From the IMG/VR virus record IMGVR_UViG_3300033075_000545, positions 1 through 64,000 of that record: a DNA stretch of 64,000 nucleotides. The stretch is one strand, 5' to 3'. The DNA comes from a virus (taxonomy: Duplodnaviria > Caudoviricetes). This document shows, one piece after another, positions 58,330 to 64,000 of this stretch (position 1 is the stretch's first letter; each line of letters starts with the position of its first letter). A program made the position numbers and the translations under genes. Below the pieces are notes generated by a model. That model saw only the letters and a program-made list of their open reading frames with translations, did no database searches and was not told the origin of the DNA.

Positions 58330-58361
58330 GCCCGGTCCCATAACAAGGACCGGGCTTTTTT
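58330..58361 (+). terminator. Rho-independent terminator after nrdJ
   Basis: GCCCGGTCC-loop-GGACCGGGC followed by 6 T. Confidence 0.85.
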
Positions 58362-58373
58362 GTTGGAGGGTCT

Positions 58374-58664
58374 GTGACACTTGAAGAAAAGTTCGAGTAC
58401 TACTGGTGGTTGTGGTTGCGCGACGAGCGCTTGTTTGCCGTCGCTAAAAACCACATCAGCCGTATGGAAACTTTGGGTCCGGAAATCCTCGGACTAGTCC
58501 TACAAAAAGTCCGTAAGGCTGGAAGCCTCGGGAAACTTCCGATGTCGTGGATACGTCTGCTTAAGAATTTAACAGGTCGGAAAAAGTCACCGAAACGTGA
58601 TACGGGATACCGTGATGCCTGGATCCGTTGGGGCATGGCGTATGGGTATTTGACACCGGAGTAA
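58374..58664 (+). CDS. Hypothetical protein
   Basis: GGAGG RBS, GTG start, Trp-rich. Confidence 0.5.
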   Translation: MTLEEKFEYYWWLWLRDERLFAVAKNHISRMETLGPEILGLVLQKVRKAGSLGKLPMSWIRLLKNLTGRKKSPKRDTGYRDAWIRWGMAYGYLTPE

Positions 58665-58745
58665 CGTAACGATGTGTGGACTTTCCGCCGCAGTAATCTA
58701 TTATTCCCAAGATCGAATCACATAACCTGCGGTTGGACCCTATAG

Positions 58746-59117
58746 ATGCGGAAGTCATCCGTTTCTACTCGCGAATCCGTTCCCACTGAGATTAGCGGCG
58801 CGCTTTCTGTCATCGTCGCAACTGCGACGACCATACAAAACGAGATGTTAGAGCACTTGGACACGGACTGGGTTGCAAAATCTGGTCCTCGAGTCCCGGC
58901 AGTACGCGACGGGATGGTCTATCTTTATCGAGCTTGGTCAACGCTTCTACATAGCGTATCCCAACGTCACGGTAATTTGGTGATCGCCCAGCATATGCTG
59001 GAACTCGCTGGGTGCGCCATGAAGATTGGTTTGGATGTATCACACATCCTCTCTGCGGAGCACATGGCTATGATGTCTGAGCCCCTAGAGAGGATGGATG
59101 AAGAACTGGAGGTTTAG
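58746..59117 (+). CDS. Hypothetical protein
   Basis: 123 aa helical ORF. Confidence 0.45.
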   Translation: MRKSSVSTRESVPTEISGALSVIVATATTIQNEMLEHLDTDWVAKSGPRVPAVRDGMVYLYRAWSTLLHSVSQRHGNLVIAQHMLELAGCAMKIGLDVSHILSAEHMAMMSEPLERMDEELEV

Positions 59118-59120
59118 TGC

Positions 59121-60146
59121 ATGGGTAGCGTGTTTACGGCGTCGCACCTGACGCCGTTGGAACCGGACTGGGCGCGGACGCCCCAGGCCGGAAGATTGAA
59201 CTACCGCTTTCAGTGCAGCGACGTCAAACAAATCTGCGAAGTCTTCAACCGCGCTTGCGGTCGACAAACCAACGAACTCTACTCGAAGCTACTCAGTCAC
59301 CGGTCCTCGGGGATCACCGGGGACTATCACGCCATGACTGAGTTTGGTGGGGCTGTGGGTGTCGTATGGTACCAAATCAAACGATCACGTCAGAGAATCT
59401 ATCGCGTCAGCATTACCACCGTGCGAGACCCGAACTTCAGTTTTAAGATGTCCGCGTCCTTCGACTTACAGATCAAACTTGTAATGCCCGACTACCGTAG
59501 CGGTCAGGACGAGGAGATCACCGTAATCCATCCTACTGACGCTACGACCATAGACGGGTTTACCGTTTTTACTTTACCACCTATGGCGTCTGCGACAAGT
59601 ACCGCCGCCCGTTACGCGATCAAACACCCACTAACGAACGCAACCACCTCTACGAGGTACGAACCTACGCCGTCCACGACTACTTACGTGAAGTACAAGG
59701 AGCCGTATTACGAGAAGAAGTTGATACAACTTCATAACCCACAAGCACATACACACGCGGTACACACGGGAGTCTATCTCCACAGTCCCGACGATGTCGT
59801 ATCGGAAGACCTTGTGTTTACTCATGCGATCTTTGCCCACGAGCGATACCCGAGAGGGTACAGGGACTATTACCGCTCGATGCTTCTTCGTAGGGTAGGT
59901 TGGAAGTTCGATTTGGAACAAAGCACTAAGTTTGTGAAGTTAGTAGCCAACGTGACCAAAACAGTGCTAGCCGCGAGCGACGACTATCAAACCAGGGAAA
60001 CAAACATCAACGATCCTGACCGTGTGTTACGGATCTTGGCTGCACACGTTGAGAAACGTAAGAATGACGACGACGTCTGGAGCACTATGATCAAACACGC
60101 GTCATTTGCTCGATTTAAAGACATTTCGAATGTCGTTAAGTTGTGA
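59121..60146 (+). CDS. Hypothetical protein
   Basis: 341 aa; GGAGG RBS. Confidence 0.55.
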   Translation: MGSVFTASHLTPLEPDWARTPQAGRLNYRFQCSDVKQICEVFNRACGRQTNELYSKLLSHRSSGITGDYHAMTEFGGAVGVVWYQIKRSRQRIYRVSITTVRDPNFSFKMSASFDLQIKLVMPDYRSGQDEEITVIHPTDATTIDGFTVFTLPPMASATSTAARYAIKHPLTNATTSTRYEPTPSTTTYVKYKEPYYEKKLIQLHNPQAHTHAVHTGVYLHSPDDVVSEDLVFTHAIFAHERYPRGYRDYYRSMLLRRVGWKFDLEQSTKFVKLVANVTKTVLAASDDYQTRETNINDPDRVLRILAAHVEKRKNDDDVWSTMIKHASFARFKDISNVVKL

Positions 60147-60435
60147 GCCGACAACGAGATACGACGAATTCTCCTAAGACTGAGGGTATAGTCGTCGACA
60201 GTGTTTGATCCGTGTCATAATGAAGTAGAATTCCCCTACAAACCGTGGGTAATCTGCAGATGCTCAAACCGACACCTAAATTCGACGCGTCTCTTATAAA
60301 CATAAATGTTATATTACTAGGTGTGAAGAAAGACTACGAAGACTCCGTCTTTCTTCCCAAAGAAATTACGCCTCCGCTCGTGCCGCTTCGGCGTTTTCCT
60401 CCCTGGAAAGGCAAATACACTGGAGTTTCGTTTGC

Positions 60436-61329
60436 ATGAAAAAATATGATTATGTAGTGTCACCGAAGGTTGCTGAGCACAATTTAGGATCAGTAAGTTC
60501 GTCTTACCATCCAATACAATACACAAAAAGTCCTGGATCATTATTAGCAAGAATATTGGTAGCTCGAAGCTATTCAAGGATTCTTAATAGGGCTAGAGCT
60601 TTCGTGAAATTTGGGAAGACCACAATTCACGACCGGTGGACCTTGTCGACCAGTCTATGCCAGGTATATACTGCCCGTGCCGTGCGGTTGATGAGTGCAG
60701 ACGACAGTTTCAAACAACTCAGTAGAAAGGTCGTAAAGTCACTAGGATGTCCACCTGCGGGTTACATCCTCAAAAAGTCTTCGCTAACGCAGCAGAGCAG
60801 ACGTTGTCGGTTGCCAATGTGTATTCAGTGTCACGCTCGTGACGGTTGGGAAGTTTACAACGCCTTGAAGAAAGGCATGTCGAGACGACCGGTCGGTTCG
60901 GATTTTCACGTTGGGGTTTACGTTTCAACCACGGAAAACAACGAATATCTTCGGTCTTGGTCAATCAAGAGTCATTGTGCAGGGGGCGTTGCTTACCGGT
61001 TTCTAGCGGATGAGAAGCGTAGGAATCGGTGGACTTACGTGATCATGGCTTACTCAGATTCTGCGAAGGATTTGAAGCGAAGCAGGGTGAAGAAGGTCGA
61101 AAAGATCGAGAACGACTTTCAGTTGGTTCGGTTCATCAGTCAGCATTTTCGGTATCCAGCGAACTGGGCTCGCGGTCAAATCGAGAACAAGATCAAGATT
61201 CTGAGTAAGGCGTACACGGACTACAAACACCGGTGTTGGACGTACAGGTCTTTCGGTGCTTCGACGGAGAGCTACACGCCTGGTAAATCCTGGTTGGACT
61301 TTGTAGGATTCAGTCCAAAACCAGGGTGA
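60436..61329 (+). CDS. Basic protein with CxxxxCxxC motif (possibly Rep-like)
   Basis: RRCRLPMCIQCHAR; Lys/Arg-rich. Confidence 0.45.
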   Translation: MKKYDYVVSPKVAEHNLGSVSSSYHPIQYTKSPGSLLARILVARSYSRILNRARAFVKFGKTTIHDRWTLSTSLCQVYTARAVRLMSADDSFKQLSRKVVKSLGCPPAGYILKKSSLTQQSRRCRLPMCIQCHARDGWEVYNALKKGMSRRPVGSDFHVGVYVSTTENNEYLRSWSIKSHCAGGVAYRFLADEKRRNRWTYVIMAYSDSAKDLKRSRVKKVEKIENDFQLVRFISQHFRYPANWARGQIENKIKILSKAYTDYKHRCWTYRSFGASTESYTPGKSWLDFVGFSPKPG

Positions 61330-61338
61330 GCTCCCAAG

Positions 61339-62925
61339 ATGAAAAACCGCGTACTCGTTTACGGAGACGTCATGTTGGACGTCTCCGTTTTTCGTTCTAC
61401 ATATCCCACCACCCAAGAAGACCACACCGTTCCAATCTACCCAAAGTACGATCTATCCCAAGACGTGTGCGTCGCTGGTGGCGCGGGTAACCTTGCAGCA
61501 AACTTGGCTACGTTGGGTTGCGATGTGACCCTGGCATGCCACCCCGCAGGTGACGCAGAGTGGGTGGCAGTTGAAGCGCATCTCAAATCTTTAGGGGTCA
61601 AGTTCTACTACCTCGACACCGTTCTCAGAACCACGGTCAAGTGTCGGTACTACGTCGGTGATCGTTTAGTTGCTCGGGTGGATGACAACTACAAGGTCAC
61701 GTCGGTGGACAAAGTTAACGTGGCCCGAGACCTTTCCAACCAGTTCGACGCAGTTGTCATCACGGATTACGGCAAAGGGTCCATTGAGACTGTGGAAGAT
61801 GCGCACTTTTGGGCGTCGCTGTGTCCCAAAAAGTTTGCTGACCCCAAAAAGGGGAGAACTTCTCTGTGGGCGGATGTGAAACTTACCACGTTCGTGATGA
61901 ACTGGGAGGAGGCGTCCGGTTCGTTCAAATACGACGGATCGAATTTCGATAAGCGGATATCGTCCGACGTTGATGCAGGAAAACTCGCAGACAGGGTAGC
62001 CGCAGCATATTCGGCCAATTCAGTAATTGTTAAACGAGGCAAGTACGGATCGACTCTTACGTGGGCGAACCACGGCTCATCAGGCAACCGCACAGGGTTG
62101 CCTGTGACGATCCCGCCGTTCATTGTCAATCACGCTCGGGATGTGCAGGGGGCTGGAGACACGTATCTTGCGGGATACGTCTGCGCAGATCTCCGCGGGT
62201 TGTCGACAGCAGAAGCATGCGCTTTTGCATCGGCTGCTGCGGGAGTGGCTGTCTCGAAGGCAGGAACTGCCACAGTGACTCTGGACGAGGTTACTACGGT
62301 TGTAGCTCCGTATTTTGTCGGCAGTGATAAGGAGGCTGCGGTTTACTCGAATGGATCGCTGAACGCGTTGGCGAGGTACGTCATGAAGTGCCAGGCAATT
62401 GGGCTAACCGTGGGTTACACCAACGGGTGCTTTGATGCGCGGCTCCACGCCGGGCATAGGTTTACAATTGGCCAGTCGGCTAAGGGGTGCGACGTCTTGA
62501 TTGTGGGAGTGGACTCTGACGCACGAGTGCGTAAACTCAAGGGGGATACAAGACCCATCCACGGTGAGTGGGAGCGGGCTTTAGCTATTGCCTCCCTCCG
62601 CGGCGTTCACGCAGTACTGATTTTTGATTTGGATCCGGCTGAAATCCTCGCGGCCCTAAAACCCGATTTTCTGTTTAAGGGTGGGGACTACGTTAGGGAG
62701 ACGATGCCAGAGATCTCTGCATCTGGGTGGGCCGGAACGTTCGTGAACATTGGGACCGTGGTCTGCGAGCAAACTACGACGTTTATCGAGCGCATCAAAG
62801 AAGAGGCCCAACCATGCGATCGGTTATCGCCTACGCAACTTCTGACTCCCACTTTCCCGAACGCGCCGGTGGAGGATCCTGGGTCAATGTCCCAGAAGTT
62901 CGCGGAGACGCCCTCCACACACTAA
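61339..62925 (+). CDS. hldE: Bifunctional heptose 7-phosphate kinase / heptose 1-phosphate adenylyltransferase
   Basis: PfkB domain VLVYGDVMLD, GGAGNLAANL, DYGKG, DVQGAGDT; nucleotidyltransferase TNGCFD..HAGH, DSD..VRKLKG..RPI, KGGDY. Confidence 0.85.
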   Translation: MKNRVLVYGDVMLDVSVFRSTYPTTQEDHTVPIYPKYDLSQDVCVAGGAGNLAANLATLGCDVTLACHPAGDAEWVAVEAHLKSLGVKFYYLDTVLRTTVKCRYYVGDRLVARVDDNYKVTSVDKVNVARDLSNQFDAVVITDYGKGSIETVEDAHFWASLCPKKFADPKKGRTSLWADVKLTTFVMNWEEASGSFKYDGSNFDKRISSDVDAGKLADRVAAAYSANSVIVKRGKYGSTLTWANHGSSGNRTGLPVTIPPFIVNHARDVQGAGDTYLAGYVCADLRGLSTAEACAFASAAAGVAVSKAGTATVTLDEVTTVVAPYFVGSDKEAAVYSNGSLNALARYVMKCQAIGLTVGYTNGCFDARLHAGHRFTIGQSAKGCDVLIVGVDSDARVRKLKGDTRPIHGEWERALAIASLRGVHAVLIFDLDPAEILAALKPDFLFKGGDYVRETMPEISASGWAGTFVNIGTVVCEQTTTFIERIKEEAQPCDRLSPTQLLTPTFPNAPVEDPGSMSQKFAETPSTH

Positions 62926-63641
62926 GTGCCGCGGTTGATCTATGCTGTGAAAGCGGCGTTCCCTTGATTCTCGCAGGGGATATTTTCGACGGTCCCGATC
63001 CAGAACCAGGAGCTGTGTCTGCCGTCTACAACGAACTTCGGCGGATGTTCCGCGACGACCAACCTGTGTACTACGTTCTTGGCAACCATGACCGTGGTCG
63101 GGATTGGTTGATGCCTGTAGGCGAGATGGCGCGGAACGTTGATAGTCGTGTGGAGAAGTCCCCAACCGGATCGTTTACTATCACCGGCTTGTCGTGCGTA
63201 TCGACACGCGAGCAGTTTGTCGAAGGTACTGCTTCGGCCCCCAGGACAGATATCGGCGTGTATCACCAGAGATGGGATGAGCTGTCGGGTCCGAGTCCTT
63301 TTTCTATCGTTCAGCTTCCTGACCATAAGCTCTCCGTGTGCGGAGACGTCCACGTCCGAGCTTTCCTTGACCGCCCTACCTACCCACGTAGAATTCTCTC
63401 TCCCGGACCGTACGCACCGCAATCCGTCGCGGAGTTCCATCAAAGCACCGTTGTGTACGCGGTGTACGAGGACTTCTCCGTACGGCCGATTGAGGTCCGA
63501 GGTAGAAAGTACGTTCGGTACGATATTACAGACGCGGAGACAGCGGACGCTGCGCTTGTGGGTATGGCGGGATTGAGTCCCGACCCAACCATTCCGAAGC
63601 ACCTGTCCAAACCGATGGTTGCGGTGAAGGTTACTGTGTAG
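62814..63641 (+). CDS. sbcD: SbcD/Mre11/gp47-like metallophosphoesterase nuclease (N-terminal part)
   Basis: SDSH, AGDIFD, GNHD, GDVH motifs; start at ATG 62814. Confidence 0.8.
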   Translation: MRSVIAYATSDSHFPERAGGGSWVNVPEVRGDALHTLSAAVDLCCESGVPLILAGDIFDGPDPEPGAVSAVYNELRRMFRDDQPVYYVLGNHDRGRDWLMPVGEMARNVDSRVEKSPTGSFTITGLSCVSTREQFVEGTASAPRTDIGVYHQRWDELSGPSPFSIVQLPDHKLSVCGDVHVRAFLDRPTYPRRILSPGPYAPQSVAEFHQSTVVYAVYEDFSVRPIEVRGRKYVRYDITDAETADAALVGMAGLSPDPTIPKHLSKPMVAVKVTV

Positions 63642-63647
63642 ATCTCG

Positions 63648-63911
63648 GTGGTCGCCGTATCATTAGAAAAACTCGCAGAAAAGCGAGACTTGGTCCTCCG
63701 AATTGTAAACCCTCCCGCCACTCCAGGCGCTGGGTCCGTCCTAAAATCCATTGTCGGGGACAACCTGGTCGATGTTGTCCGTACCTGGCCTGACGTACTC
63801 CCGGAAGCCCGATTGTTGGCTGGGAGTCTTGTAACTCCGGGGGCCGACTTCCAATCAGCAATTCAGAAAGCACGAGCCGATCATGAAACTCGTTTCGGTC
63901 GAACTGCGTAA
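63648..63911 (+). CDS. In-frame continuation of the sbcD-like gene after TAG (probable C-terminal domain)
   Basis: Same frame as 62814-63641; no RBS; overlaps the sbcC start. Confidence 0.5.
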   Translation: MVAVSLEKLAEKRDLVLRIVNPPATPGAGSVLKSIVGDNLVDVVRTWPDVLPEARLLAGSLVTPGADFQSAIQKARADHETRFGRTA

Positions 63912-64000
63912 TGTTGGGAAGTACAAGAAGAACCTCATCAGCCTGTCAGGGAATTTGGTTGGGATTGTAGGTCCGAACGGGTCGGGAAAATCAACGGCAC
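63883..64000 (+). CDS. sbcC: SbcC/Rad50/gp46-like ATPase (3'-partial)
   Basis: Read manually: MKLVSVELRNVGKY..LVGIVGPNGSGKST (Walker A). Confidence 0.8.
   Translation, partial: MKLVSVELRNVGKYKKNLISLSGNLVGIVGPNGSGKSTA

Noticed and set aside
60245-60439. 64-aa ORF in the AT-rich spacer
   Set aside because: No clear RBS or motif, so it cannot be supported as a gene despite the ATGA overlap with the next ORF
1-64000. Genome-wide stop codon reassignment
   Set aside because: Genes are intact and densely packed under the standard code; only one clear internal TAG was seen

Overview
This window reads as a segment of a large tailed dsDNA bacteriophage with a contractile (myovirus-type) tail. A TIGR02996-like domain suggests a Planctomycetota host, but that is inference. 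Positions 1-41.5 kb (+ strand) are mostly virion morphogenesis: head proteins and a major capsid protein, an accessory block (ThyX, HNH nuclease, spike/fibre/LamG proteins), neck, large tail sheath, tube, VgrG/gp5-like protein, tape measure and baseplate with an embedded sigma-70 factor. Next come a cluster of exported proteins around a papain-like protease whose catalytic Cys is interrupted by a LAGLIDADG intein, and a BolA + Cys-rich + glycosyltransferase (GT2-like, GT9) cluster. Positions 41.6-64 kb are mainly non-structural: MoxR-type AAA ATPase and VWA/metallopeptidase pair, terminase large subunit (- strand), class II ribonucleotide reductase with two HNH inteins, HldE (ADP-heptose synthase), and an SbcD/SbcC pair in which sbcD carries an in-frame TAG. 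The best candidates for new biology are (1) a phage-encoded ADP-heptose glycosylation system probably acting on Cys/Thr-Gly-rich virion appendages and (2) a possible protease-based lysis cassette gated by intein splicing. I saw no tRNA, rRNA, CRISPR array, integrase or reverse transcriptase. All family calls are from motif recognition by eye, with no database search.
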